Of a stretch of 64,000 bases of DNA, positions 1 through 12,544 are shown piece after piece. The notes under the pieces are model-generated. The model worked only from the letters and a program-made list of their open reading frames with translations. It made no database searches and was not told the DNA's origin. A program made the translations under genes and the position numbers. Each line of letters begins with the position of its first letter. The first letter of the stretch is position 1. This DNA comes from Torpedo marmorata (lineage: Eukaryota). The DNA lies in NCBI GenBank assembly GCA_977017645.1, contig OZ360238.1, positions 42,904,001-42,968,000 on the forward strand, written 5' to 3'.

Positions 1-148
1 CTCCCTGTGTCAGCATGGGTTTCCACTGGATGCTCCGGTTTCCTCTCACCCTTCAAAACGTATGGGGATTGTAGGTCAATTGGGTGTAATTGGGCGGCAG
101 GGGATCGTAGGCTGAAAGGGCCTGTTCCCGTGCTGTATGTCTAGATTT
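1..148 (+). mobile_element. V-domain SINE (HE1-like), cut by window edge
   Basis: V-domain CTCCCTGTGTCAGCATGGGTTT...CCGGTTTCCTC plus CR1-like tail GGCCTGTTCCCGTGCTGTATGTCTA shared with the other copies in the window. Confidence 0.85.
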
Positions 149-495
149 AATTTACATTTAAACTTAAAATAAGTGCAGCATTTAAATTATAGTTGGAACT
201 GAATACAGAAGTACATAAACTGCACTTTTTACTTGAGTAACATGCATGATGTTTATTTAAGTCTTAATCCCAACTGCACCTTAAAGAAGCTCAGTGGTGC
301 TGTCATTTGTCAGGAACACTTCAGTGGAGTAGAAGTTGATGTTGGGCACTCCATGTAAAATTGCACCTATTTTGGAAAGTGCTTTTTTTTCACTGAGTTT
401 CCACTGAATTTCTTTGGCATTTTCTGTCTTGAAGTCGAACAATTGTATATTTTTAAATCTAGCTTTCATATTTAAAAGTCACTTTAAAATATTTA

Positions 496-845
496 ATTTA
501 GAGGCCCTTCTGGACCATGAGTTTATGCAGCCCAATTATTCCCACGTGACTAATTAACCTACTAATCCCATATGTCTGTGGAACGTGGGAGGAAACCCAC
601 ACAGTCACAGGGAGAATGTGCAAACTCCTTACAGACTTGTCCTGCATATGTATTGTTTGTCTGTATGTGTGTTATATCTGGTTGTGTGTCTGAGCGTTTT
701 GCACTGAGGACTGGAGAACGCTGTTTCGTCTGGTTGTACTTGTGCAATCAGATGACAATAAACTTGTCTTGACCTGACTTGACTTGACTTGAGACAGCTG
801 TTGATTTGAACCTGGCTCACTGGCACTGTGGTATCATTGCGCTAC
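496..845 (-). mobile_element. Older V-domain SINE split by a Rex1 3' end
   Basis: GGGAGGAAACCCACACAGTCACAGGGAGAATGTGCAAACTCCTTACAGAC (to 636) resumes as AGACAGC...GATTTGAACC (B box) at 792. Confidence 0.75.
637..791 (+). mobile_element. Rex1/Babar LINE 3' UTR fragment with (GACTT)n tail
   Basis: GGAGAACGCTGTTTCGTC...GACAATAAAC+(GACTT)n; similar to the 3' end of the copy at 37105-37194; AGAC repeated at 633-636 and 792-795. Confidence 0.75.
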
Positions 846-1974
846 AGGTATTACATATTTTTATATAATTAAGAGCAGTACCTCAATGAAGTTTAATACA
901 ATTGAATAAAAAATGAACAAAAGCAAGAGCATCAGTCAGAGGAACTGGTGTAATCATCCCCGAAGCCTTGAGAATTTAAATCCATTAACTTTAGAAACAT
1001 AATTTTAAAATATTAAACTTGACAGGATATATGTAAGCCATTTTCTAATTGGATTTGTGTACGGAGCCACACTATTTTGGAATGCAAATTCATTCAAAAC
1101 TGTTTTAAAACACATCTGTTGGTGTTCTTGTACCCAAAAGATGTGGTTTTCTTCCTGGTGTTTCCTAGAAGGCATGATATTGATCATTTGACCTCATCAG
1201 GACCTTAACTATTTGTTCCCTTGCCTCACTAGGTGTCCTGCTGTATGTACTTTCTGTAAAATAGACTTTAGCAAATTGTCAAGGCTTTTTTTAGTAGCAG
1301 TTCATAAACCTAAGAGTTCTACTACCTCAAAGAGCAAAGGCAGCAGGTGCAGGGGAATGTTACCAGCTGCAAGTTCTTCTTAAAGTTATGGACACTCTTT
1401 TCTTGAAATACAACAACATTCTTTTGGTGGCTCTAAGCTTTGGAACACCTTGTCCAATGGCTCTGAGGGAGTTTCTTCGACATGAAGATTGCAGCAGTTC
1501 AATATCACTCGGGGATGGGCAGTAAAGATTCTCCCTTGTAGGAACATCCAAATTCCATAATCAAATAAACAAAAACAATGAACTCCTAATAGTGATTAGT
1601 TCACCCTGAAGACATAGCAAGTTATGCAGTTGTTCAAGTTTGTCTCATGTACCAAAGATGCAGTGATAAAGGTTGTTTTATGAGCAGACCAGTTAGACAT
1701 CTGATACATAATACTGCAATAAGATATAATATAAAAAGTGCAGAGAGACAGAGAGATTAGTTGCTACTGAGCAAATACAAAATAGTTTTACTCTTTTGAA
1801 TTCAAATCTCATGGAAGTTAAAATGGAATGAATGCAATTTGCCCTGAAAATTCTATGCTTTTGTACCTATTTATTATTATCTGAGGAATTAGTGAAGGTG
1901 GCAGCATAATTTACCGAAACTCCAGACACATCTCTTCAAGCAATTACTCCAAATTCTTGGAGATTTAAAAAAAA

Positions 1975-2219
1975 TTTAGACATACAGCACGGTAACAGGC
2001 CATTTCGGCCCATGAGTCCGTGCCGCCCAATTACACCCAATTAACCTACACCCCGATACGTTTCGAATGGTGGGAGGAAAATGGAGCCCCCGGGGAAAAC
2101 CCATGCAGACACGGGGAGAACGTACCAACTCCTTAAAGACAGCGCGGGATTCGAACCCCGATCCCGATCGCTGGCACTCTAAAGGCGTTGCGCTCACCAC
2201 TACGCCAACCGTGCCGCCC
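1975..2219 (-). mobile_element. Full-length young V-domain SINE
   Basis: tRNA-like head (A box TGGCGTAGTGG, B box GGTTCGAATCC), V-domain, CR1-like tail; CpGs largely intact. Confidence 0.92.
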
Positions 2220-3289
2220 AATGTTTTTTTTTCATCCTCGTTAAAGCTTTGCTGCATTTCTTTAAAACCACTGAAATTATTCTGACTGCCTCTTTCCCAC
2301 GAAAACTTTGGATAACATTGAATTGTACCACATGGTATGAAGATTTAAGATGGCTTCTATTTATTGCCTGTGGGCAGCCTCTGTCTGTTCTACAGAACTC
2401 CAAAAGGAAAATAACATGGCTAAATTACAACATGTTTCCATCACCTTGTCACAGTAGAAACCTCATGCACACCTATTGGGAGACAAGGTCAAAAAGATGT
2501 TGCATATTTACTCAAGGATTGCAACAAAATTGGTCCCAACACTAATGAATTAACAGTTATAGAGTTACAGAATGAGCTGGCATCATCCTTGTGAAATGGA
2601 TTTTTCCTATCTTTATCCCCCAACGAGTATTTAACAAATCTCTGACCATATGATAGATTCAATGCAATGTCAAGATGAATCCCCTTGCTTGGCACAGAGG
2701 ATGCTACTTGCTGCAGAGCCTATAAAATTTTAAAATGAGAAGTCTGTTCCAATTCAAACATTTTTCTCTACCTGTGTCTTAATAGCTCTTGTGGTACTTG
2801 TGGTATGAATAGAATACTTTATAGGAAATGGAATCGTGGATGTTGTTTTTATTTGACTAAAGAGGAATATCTATGTTAACCCATTCATGCCTTTGTTTGG
2901 ATTAGCAAAGGCATAATACATGAAATTCTAAAGAGAAATTACATGGAAATGCATAGATTAGGCAACAAAGAAACAGACAATTTGGCCCAATTATTTTTCT
3001 TTCACCACGTAAGACTGGTCCTTAATATATTAGAAAGCAGTGATCCTTGCATTATCTATTGGGAAACACCATCTTTGGGGAATTCTGAGACTTTGCTATG
3101 CTCATTGATTCTAGTTGGAATGGTAAAGGGTGTACTCCTGACCCAGGGAAAAAGCCTGACCTACAATTCAATGTTCAGTCAACATCTTGACCAGATGTGA
3201 GATGCATTATGGCAGTCTTGGTGCTTCACTGTTGGCAGAAAGAAAAGAAAACATGGGCTTTTCAGAGGTACAGAATCATTTTACAGTCA

Positions 3290-3540
3290 GTTGAATACTT
3301 TTGAAGAGTAGTCCCTGCTTATCACTCTTATTCAAAATAAAACTGCAGGTTTTTCCACCTGAGAAAATAGTCAAGGTTTTCTTTTAACATGTCTTCCAAA
3401 TGGCAGCTTCCTGACAGTGTGGCATTCCCTCACCTCTGCACCGGAGAGTAAGCCTAGGTTATTGTGGTCTAGTTTCTGGAATGGAATTTGAAACTCACAG
3501 TCTTTTGATGAAGAAATGAGAGTGCTCCTTATAGAAAGGC
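3290..3540 (-). mobile_element. Ancient Deu-domain SINE relic (SacSINE/AmnSINE-like)
   Basis: TTTAACATGTCTTCCAAATGGCAGCTTCCTGACAGTGTGGCATTCCCTCACCTCTGCAC...GCCTAG resembles the reverse complement of the Deu domain, followed by a tRNA-like head remnant. Confidence 0.6.
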
Positions 3541-3648
3541 TGAATAAATTATTTCTGGCTTTGTATATGAATTAAAGTGGTTTAGAAATTAACATGCGAT
3601 CTTTATCGACTGAGGAGCTGCACAACTCAATCCCAAGACCAACAAGGT

Positions 3649-4192
3649 TCTGAGCACCTCCTCTCCGTCCGCAACAACAGCGACCTCCCAGTAGCCAACC
3701 ATTTCAATTCCGGGTCACACTCCCACACTCACATGTCTGTCCATGGCCTTATGTACTATCCCACCCAGACTACCCGCAAATTGGAGGAACAACATCTCAT
3801 TTTCCGTCTCGGCACTCTCCAGCAAGATGGCATTAACATTGACTTTTCTGCTTTCCACTAAACCTGCTTGTCGTTCCCTTCCCCTCCCCCCTCACCTATC
3901 CTTCCTGTTTTTCTCCAGCTACCCAGCCATCCCTCCTCCCCCTCTTTGCTGCTGTCCCCTCCCTCCTTTCTCCACCTATCATCTCCTGCCTTTGCCACCC
4001 CACTTCCCCCCTCACTCTTTTGTTCGGACGCCTACCGGCATTTTCTCATACTTTGATGAAGGGCTCAAGCCCGAAACGTCGGTTATGTATTTCTACCTTT
4101 GCTACATAAAAGACACTGTTTGACCTGCTGAGTTTCTCCAGCATTTGTGTTTTTTACTTCAACCACGGTGTCTACAGATTTTCGTGTTTTAC
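3649..4192 (+). mobile_element. Penelope-like element 3' fragment: GIY-YIG endonuclease C-terminus plus pseudo-LTR
   Basis: Frame 3649-3861 reads SEHLLSVRNNSDLPVANHFNS...RKLEEQHLIFRLGTLQQDGINIDF*, typical of the Penelope GIY-YIG end; 12-bp imperfect TSD TTCTGA(G/T)CACCT at 3648-3659 and 4193-4204. Confidence 0.88.
4047..4087 (+). ncRNA. Minimal type I hammerhead ribozyme motif in Penelope pseudo-LTR
   Basis: TTGATGA-A-GGGC(TCAA)GCCC-GAAA-CGTC; helix I CATACT/GGTTATG; palindromic ACGT in place of helix III; core position 3 is U rather than C. Confidence 0.65.
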
Positions 4193-5848
4193 TTCTGATC
4201 ACCTTTCAGTCTTTTCAGTTGTATAATTTAACACAACTCATCATAACATGAATTTTCAAACAGTTTTTTTTCTACTTTGTTTATATTTGGGTCTCTGCTT
4301 TCCAAGTAAATGGCACTGTGATGTATTTTAATCAGAAAATCCAAAGTTGTTTTCCTTCCTCCTGCTACAACCTTTGAAGATTCAATCTTGATGTGATTCA
4401 ATTACTTGTTCTGGGATTACTTCAGTGCCCCTGAACTGGGCACCATTATAGAGAAAGGATCTTGTCCTAGGTTTTTATTTTAAAATAGCTATTGAACACT
4501 GGACCCCAGACATATGCCATTGCATCTGCAACTACCATCCTTTGCAAACCCCAGCTTATTAGAATTGATGCACAGAACTGAATAAAGTGTTCCTCCAACA
4601 GAACATATCATAGCCATATTAATATTCCTGGCATTAACCTTAACCTTGCATTGGAAATCACTTTCAGGAGCTGGTGGTATGGATTCAAAAACGTTTTGAG
4701 TTTGACTGGGTCGACACCCTTTGGCAAAGAAGGAACACCATAAATAATCTCACTCTTTATGTTGGGTTAAAATTGAAGAGAGAGAATTTTACATTTTTTG
4801 AGATAAGAACATCAATTGTGGAAAAATGATTGTCAAAGTAAAGAAACCTGGAGTTGTAATCTGGTAATGCTCTTCCCCCACAACAGTAATTCCCAGCAGT
4901 TCTTCTTTCTCCTCCCTCGGGTGATATTATTGACCTTTGCCTCTGCCCTGAAGGCACTGCTGCAGAAGTTATTGAATGGGTTTTGTTTGTGGTTGGTTCT
5001 ACACTTGAAGCGCCTTCAGCTCAAGGTTACTATAATGGATAAAGGATGATGAGTGGCAGTTAAACAGATTTTTCACAGCATGACTTGATATGCAGGTTTA
5101 ATAGCTTCAAGGTACATTTTGACATACTGGAGTTTCAGGATGAAGTTGCAGGTCAATGCATCTATTTCACCAGTGCTATGTTCTGCTCTTGATAGTTTCT
5201 AGAAGCATATGGATTTTCAATGCAGGTGGCGTGATGGTAAAATGTCGACAGGCCAGTCACGATTTAATATCTATTATCTACCATGGCATTGCTCTTGCAT
5301 TAGGACTGCTGAATGAGTAAAGTAACTCATTGTGCACTCTGCTCTAACACTCAGATGCAATGAAGCAGTGTTGAATCAAAAGGAGTACAAATAGCTTAAA
5401 TTTGTGCAATACTTTTAAAGTTGAAAGCATCCAGAGTTGAGCGGAAGTTGAGACGGAAATGGACGCCTTGACATGGGGAATCCAGTTCTGGAAGGTCATT
5501 GCTGAGAAGTAAAAGGGGCAAGGAAACCCAGTGGGTTTTAAGGAGAATATTCTGGGAGTAAACACATGTGGTCAGAGGATGAAATACCACCGGTGAGTTG
5601 AAGAATCAAGAGCGTAGGATTAGGAAGGAGGAGAGTTCAAAGAAAAGGGCAAGATGAGCCAGGGATGGACAACAGTATTCTCACACTGCAGAATGATTGG
5701 CGAAGTTTTCAGATTTTCCTTCTTCAGAAACAAATTCAGTTCCTGGTCTTTTGGACAAAAGCATAATTTGGTATGCACTTTAGGTAATAGATGGTGTGTG
5801 ACCTGCTGAGTTTCTCCAGTACTTTTATGTATTCTTTGTATTCCTGAT

Positions 5849-6112
5849 GGCGGCACGGTTGGCGTAGCGGTTAGCGCAACACCTTTACAGCGCCAGCGAT
5901 CGGGACCGGATGTGGGTTTGAATCCCGCGCTGTCTGTAAGGAGTTTGTACGTTCTCCCCGTGTCTGCGTGGGTTTTATCCGGGGGCTCCGGTTTCCTCCC
6001 ACCCTTCAAAAATGTACCGGGGGTGTAGGTTAATGGGGTGTAAATTGGGTGGCATGGACTCGTAGGGCCGAATTGGCCTGTTACAGTGCTGTATGTCTAA
6101 TTTTTTTTTTTT
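5849..6112 (+). mobile_element. Full-length young V-domain SINE
   Basis: GGCGGCACGGTTGGCGTAGCGG head, GATCGGGACCGG variant, V-domain, tail TGCTGTATGTCTAA plus T tract; preceded by a short Penelope remnant at about 5795-5840. Confidence 0.92.
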
Positions 6113-6229
6113 AATTGTTAAATGACCTCCCACTGTCAGCTGCCACCACAGCCAATCAGATTTCTATTTTTCCCTTCATCTGCTCTACTTTTACAATGAA
6201 CCAGTAAGGGTATGACAGAGTCACAGAGC

Positions 6230-7290
6230 ATTCAAAAACTGGTCTAAAGGTATTATACTTAAATGCACGCAGCATTAGAAACAAGGTGGATGATCTTGCA
6301 GTACAGTTACAGATTGGAGGGTACGATGTTGTGGCCATTACTGAGTCGTGGCTAAAGGATGGGTGTCATTGGGAGCTGAATGTCCAAGGATACACAGTGT
6401 ATTGGAAGGATGGGCAGGTAGGCAGAGGGGGTGGTGTGGCCCTGCTGGTAAACAACAATATCAAAATAATTGGAAAGAAGTGACATAGGATCAGAAGAGG
6501 TAGAATCCTTATGGGTTGAGTTAAGGAATGGTAAAGGTAAAAGGACCCTAATGGCAGTTATATACAGGCCTCCAAACAGCAGCCGGAATGTGGACTACAA
6601 AATACAACAGGAAATAAAAAAGGCATGTCAGAAGGACAACGTTACAATAATCATGAGGGATTTTAACATGAAAGTAGATTGGGAAAGTCAGGTCAGTACG
6701 GGATCCCAGGAGGGAGAGGTTGTGGAATGCCTATAGGATGGCTTTTTGGAGCAGCTTGTTGATGAGCCCACCAGGGGATCGGCTGTTTTGGATTGGGTGC
6801 TATCAAATGAACAAGAGGTGATTAGAGAGCTCAAGTTAAAGGGACCTTAAGGAGGCAGTGATCACAATATGATTGAGTTCACTGTGAAATTTGAAAAGGA
6901 AAGGCTAAAGTCCGATATGTCGATATTTCAATGGAGTAAAGGAAATTACAGTTACATGAGAGAGGAACTGGCCAAAGTCGATTGGAAAAGCACACTAATG
7001 GGGAAGGCAGCAGATCAGCGATGGCTGGAGTTACGTCAAAAAATGAGGAAAGTACAGGACAGGTACATTTCAAAAGGAAAGAAAGTTGTGAATGGAAAAA
7101 TTAGACAATTATGGCTGACGAGGGGTTAAAGCCGAAGTAAAAGCAAAAGAGAAGGCATACAAGGAAACAAATATTAGTGGGAAGATAGAGGACTGGGAAA
7201 CTTTTAAAAACTTAGAGAAGGCTACTAAGAAGGTGATTAGGAAGGAAAAGAGAAATTATGAAAGAAGGTTAGCAAATAATATCAAAGAGG
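6230..7290 (+). pseudogene. CR1 LINE ORF2 N-terminal AP endonuclease domain, broken by stops and frameshifts
   Basis: GLKVLYLNARSIRNKVDDL...YDVVAITESWL...GGGVALLV...ESLWVEL...VIYRPPNS...DFN...SDH motifs across ORFs 6286, 6470, 6869. Confidence 0.9.
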
Positions 7291-7598
7291 AGTCTAGGAC
7301 AAGAGGCCACAATTTCAGGATAAAAGGGCATCAATTTAAAACAGAAATGCGGAGAAATTTCTTTATCCAGAGCGTCGTGAGTCTGTGGAACTTGTTGCCA
7401 CAGGCGGCCGTGGAAGTGAGGTCATTGGGTGTATTTAAGTCAGAAATTGTCAGGTATTTAATTAGTCAAGAGCATCAAGGGTTACGGGGAGAAGGCCGGG
7501 GAGTGGGGCTGACTGATAAGGATCAGCTCATGATTAAATGGCAAAGCAGACCCGACGGGCCGATTGGCCTTCTTCTGCTCTTACATCTTGTGATCTTG
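7291..7598 (+). mobile_element. CR1 LINE 3' end
   Basis: SRTRGHNFRIKG...MRRNFF.Q.VVSLWN.LP C-terminal motif and GGCCGATTGGCCT 3' hairpin. Confidence 0.88.
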
Positions 7599-8354
7599 AG
7601 TATTGGTTTCATCCTGCACCACTCTTACCCCTGTGTGGGGCAATTGTTTCCTGCAGACTCCAGTCATTTCTGGAAGTTGCCATTCTCACATGAACCATAC
7701 AATGCAAAAGGAGTTAAGTTCACTTTCTAACATGCTTTGATGATTGATATCAGCTGGGGCGGCAGTGGTTATCAATTTAGTCTCAGATCCTTTCACCATC
7801 CCATCCCTTAAAAGTTGAATTAGAATGTGAAAATGTCATATTGCGTTCCTGCTCCCGCTCACTACTGAAGAATTTGCATGGGTGCTTAAGGAGCAGGGAT
7901 AAAGAGACTTATGCCAAGGTCTTTGGGGATTACAACAACCTCTCAAACAAATTTACAGCAATCCAGTAGAAAAACCACTGAGACAATTAGGAAGGTAACA
8001 ATCCATTTTATTTTTTTGTGGACACCATAACATTTTAAGTTCCAGTGAAATCAGACGTGGGAAAATAAGCTGTTTAATGTTGTCAAGAATCATGTAATCA
8101 GATATTGATGTTTTTCATTTCATGAGGTAGGGCATGCTGGTGATCAATGGCAAGAACGTGGGAGGAGATGGAACATTTGAAGGAACATGGGGAGGTCATG
8201 GAACTGCCTCAATTAATTCCAACAAAAATTGGCAACCTTGAAGGGCAAAAAAATGCCTTCTTTTTCTTTATTGCCAATTTCAAAACTAACTCAGTATCCT
8301 GATAAAATGAATAAAATTACATTCTTCACTTTGACTGTCTTCCCTGCTGTGCAG

Positions 8355-8409
8355 GAACAGCAGGGGTTCCCTGTTGCAAAGGAGACTCTAGATTATCCTC
8401 CAAGTACAG
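8355..8409 (+). other. Candidate 55-nt exon (function unknown)
   Basis: Pyrimidine tract plus TGCAG acceptor before 8355 and CAG/GTATGT donor after 8409; no recognisable protein. Confidence 0.2.
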
Positions 8410-9798
8410 GTATGTCATTTTCTCACCACGTGACTCCTCTTCATAATGGTATCTTTGTGACAAAATACTCTAATTCATCAAAGGATAAAGCGTAATGAGA
8501 GGCATCAAATATATAAACGTTTCATATACCCTGGAGAAAGAAAGCAGAGGGCATCAAATCTATTACAGTACCCTGGAGACTGGCTCGGCTTTTTATAGTG
8601 AAACCTATCTGAGGGATTGCCTCTCCCAGTAAACTGCTCTGACTGTGCTGTCAATCCAGTTGTTAAGCACAGTCAACTCCAGTTAAGCAAACAGAAATTG
8701 AAAAACCCAAACCATTTTCTGTCTTCAGCAAATGTCTTCACTCATTCTGTTCAATGAATAATTGCAATGAAGTGATTTATTTACTTATTTGTTACATCGA
8801 TTAAGTGCTATCAGATTCCCTGCTTGGATTACCTGAGGCTCCATTCATTGCTGCAACTTTCAAATATGTGGCCAGCTAAAAATAAAAATAAGCATTTTAT
8901 GAACCGTTGGGGAAAAAAGCAATACTCTGCAATTCAAGATGGGCTAATTTTGGTTTCTGAGATTGCGAAAGCAATTGGCAAATTTGATCCAGAATAGTTG
9001 TTTACCACTGATGAAAGCGTTCGGATACCAAGGGACATGAAAGTTGGGCAGAAACGTTGCTCCTAAATGCTAATGTAGATTGAAAGTTATTGAAGTACCC
9101 ATTATAAAATATCTTCAGGATAGTGAGGAGAATGGATGGAGAGGTGAGGAGGGCAAGGTTGTGCATGGTTTGAGGTGACTGATTTCTGTTCCTGATTTTT
9201 GTAAATTTAATTTCACATATAATGTGACTGTCTTTTTTATGATTTACTCCAAACTCCTGACCGGTAAACAACTTTCAATTGAGGGATAATCTTTCACAAA
9301 CTATTTCCCCCTGACATTGATATTCCTTGAAGATCAGAACTGCAACAGGTATTTGTGCACGTCTCCTTGAGAAATGGAAAATAAAGACAAGCCACAGTGT
9401 TAGTACAGCCATTTAATCCTAGTGATTGACCAAGCAACAAACTTTCAGCAGAGCAGTAACAAGACCACACACTCTCTCCTGGAGCCTCAATGCTGTTAGC
9501 AGAATTCAACATTGACATTTAACTCCTGAACAATTCGCCATTTTCCAAGAAGTGGATTAAGCAGAAATTAATTGCATCGAGTAATAAAACTCAGACAATG
9601 AGAACGCCTGTCCATTTTCATATGCTCGAGTCACTATTGCCTACCTAATCGAGGAATAGTCATGAAATACAGACTAATCTGTTTTGTTCTAATCAGATCT
9701 AAAGGAGCACAAACTTCATAGTTTTGATGTTCAATGTACAAAGGAGCATTGTCTCACATAGCGAATTTGAGAAATAACAGATTAATAATATAATTTTT

Positions 9799-10971
9799 TT
9801 TTAAATATTTTAATTAAAATTTTAAATCACAAAATACATAAGGTAAAATATAAAATTATCAAAATACTTGTGATACATTTTCACCCCCCCCTCCCACCCT
9901 CCCCTCCCTAACGCTCCCATCCCTACTAATCTAATAAAATAAAAAGAAAAAGAAAGAAAAAGATAGAATAAGGAGAATGTCAATCTAAAAAATACATCTA
10001 TAAACTAATTTTATTATGGAGGTTAGGTTCGCCAGTAGATCCGATGTCCAGAGATCTTCAAATCCTTAAACCGACAACTTTCATATATGGGCTCTAAATT
10101 TTTAAAAAGAAATGATATTTATTACGTAAATTGTAAGTAATTTTTTCAAGTGGTATACATGAACGAAGTTCTGCATGCCATCTTTCTAACCCTAAATCTA
10201 CATCAGATTTCCAAGTAATAGCAATACATTTCTTTGAAACAGCTAAAGCAATTCGCAGAAATTCTATTTGATACATATTTAATTTAATCTTAATACTAAC
10301 TTTTTTAATATCTCCAAACAGAAATATCATAGGATCCATTGTGAATGTGATTTTTAAGACTTTGTCTAAAATTTTTTAAACTTTCAACCAAAAATCATAA
10401 ACTTTTGGACAAAACCATGTAGAATGTACAAAAGAACCTTCCTCTTTATTACATCTAAAACATAAACCTGATAATGTCGCATTGAATTTCTTTAACTTTT
10501 TAGGTGTTAAATATAATTGATGAAAAAAATTATATTGTACTAGTCTATATCTAACATTAATAATGTTCGTCATACTTAGTTTATATAATTCTTTCCAATG
10601 ATCTTCATCTATTGTTACATTCAAATCTAATTCCCACTTTAATCTTGATTTATGAATTCCTACTTTAGGAATTTTTCTCTGAAGCAATCTGTACATTTTG
10701 AAATAAATTTATTTACATCTCCCTTAGTAACTAATAATTCTAATTCATTCTGTCTTGGTAAAATCAAACTATAACCTAATTTCCCAACCAAAAATGCTCT
10801 AATTTGGTAATAAGCAAAAAGTGTATTATCCAATATATTAAATTTATCTTTCATTCTTTGAAAAGTAATAAATTTCCCAGCTTCAAAACAATCATTTATT
10901 TTCTTAATTCCTTTTTGAAACTAAATTTTAAATAATTAATTATTAACAGTAAATGGAATAAGTTCATTTTG
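9799..10971 (-). mobile_element. L1-clade LINE 3' fragment (ORF2 C-terminus with zinc-binding motif, 3' UTR)
   Basis: ORFs 10094-10854 with CFRC...HSTWFCPKV and ALAVSKKCIAITWK; G-rich 3' UTR tract; 11-bp TSD ATATAATTTTT at 9788-9798 and 10972-10982. Confidence 0.88.
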
Positions 10972-11308
10972 ATATAATTTTTGACAATTTTTCATCTGTA
11001 TTTGAATTTTGTTCAATTGCGTTTTTTTCCTGATGATCATTTGGAAACTTCGGACAATGTGTTTCCCGTTGCTCCTGACAAATGAAGATACTTTATGAGT
11101 GATATTTCCCACAGGTCCTTGGGAACAAAATGGCATTAAACCACTGAAGGATATTTTTCATCAGTCCAATTGCATTAACACACTTGAGTTCTAAAGCTCC
11201 TTAATGCATGATATTAATCTGCATCTACTTCTGTCAATTCTGTAATTTCTGCCAGATTATTTTACATTTAACTAGACCTTTAGATGCCTTTATGGCTTAC
11301 TGGATAAA

Positions 11309-11555
11309 TTTAGACATACAGCACGATAACAGGCCATTTCGGCCCACGAGTCCGTGCCGCCCAATTTACACCCAATTAACCTACACCCCCCATACGTTTT
11401 GAACGGTGGGAGGAAACCGGAGCCCCCGGGAAAAACCCACGCAGACACGGGGAGAACGTACAAACTCCTTACAGACAGCACAGATTTGAACCCCGGTCCC
11501 GATCGCTGGCGCTGTAAAGGCGTTGCGCTAACCGCCACGCCAACCATGCCGCCCC
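11309..11555 (-). mobile_element. Full-length young V-domain SINE
   Basis: Near-identical to the copies at 1975 and 13319. Confidence 0.92.
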
Positions 11556-11742
11556 TTTGGTCTCTTATTCTAGATTCTAAATTCAATCCCTGCTGCAGAT
11601 AAATTTAAGATGATCAGAGAATAGAGGAATGCATGTCTCATCCATTAGCACCAATAAACTAATTGTTTAGTCACAATTACAGAATATGAGGACTCTTCAT
11701 GCACAAAGAGGCTGGCACATTTCGCTATATTACAACTTAGAC

Positions 11743-11941
11743 CACCTATTCTCAACTGGGGCCACAGAACATTTAAGGGGGGGCACAGACTGAAACCATA
11801 AAATAGTTTTTTATGTTGTCAGTAGGAGAGATGTAAGGAAGAAACCAACTAAACTTGACTGCTTCACAGGGAAGGTGGGTCATAAACTTTTGAGCAGAGT
11901 CCTAACGGGACCATAACCAAAAAAAAGGTTGAGAATTTCTG
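11743..11941. mobile_element. hAT/Charlie-like MITE, degenerate
   Basis: Ends CACCTATTCTCAAC / GTTGAGAATTTCTG; internal sequence matches the reverse complement of 20207-20415. Confidence 0.65.
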
Positions 11942-12304
11942 CACAGAATGTACTTCATTAGCTGTGGGGAATGGGGTGGGGAAGATGGAGCCTAGCTCCC
12001 CCACACAATTCCAGTGGAATGCTACTGTGTGTGTTGACTATCAAAAATGTTTTCAATCCCTTGGGTGTGGATTGGCAGGGAATGTTCAAGTTTTAGTTCT
12101 ACTCTAAAGCAGATCTCCATTTGAGGGTGTCATGAGGTTCAGGTCAATGCAAAACTTTTTATTCATTGGCGTTAGATGAGGATGATGCACTGCAATTTAT
12201 TGACACAACTGTTGATGGACAGGGCACTGTACACAGATGAAGTGCTGGTGGGAAGCAAGATCTTTCATTAGAAATGGCATGTAAAGAGATTTTAAAATTT
12301 TAAA

Positions 12305-12544
12305 TTTAGAAATACAACACGGTAACAGGCCCTTTTAGCCCATGAGCCCGTGCCACCCAAGTACACCCAATTGACCTACAGCCCTGGCACATTTTTGATC
12401 AGTGGGAGCAAACTGGAGCACCCGGAGGAAACCCATGCAGACATGGGGAGCACGTACAAACCTTACAGACAGCGCCGGATTCGAACCCCGGTCGCTGGCG
12501 CTGTAATAGTATTGTGCTAACCGCTACGCTAACTGTGTCACCCC
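12305..12544 (-). mobile_element. V-domain SINE
   Basis: Head, V-domain and tail present; lacks the GATCGGGA insert. Confidence 0.88.

Noticed and set aside
281-469. 62-aa ORF as a host exon
   Set aside because: No recognisable similarity or convincing splice sites; length is expected by chance.
5849-5930. tRNA gene
   Set aside because: A and B boxes are present but run into a SINE body and tail; no complete cloverleaf or terminator. The same applies to the other copies.
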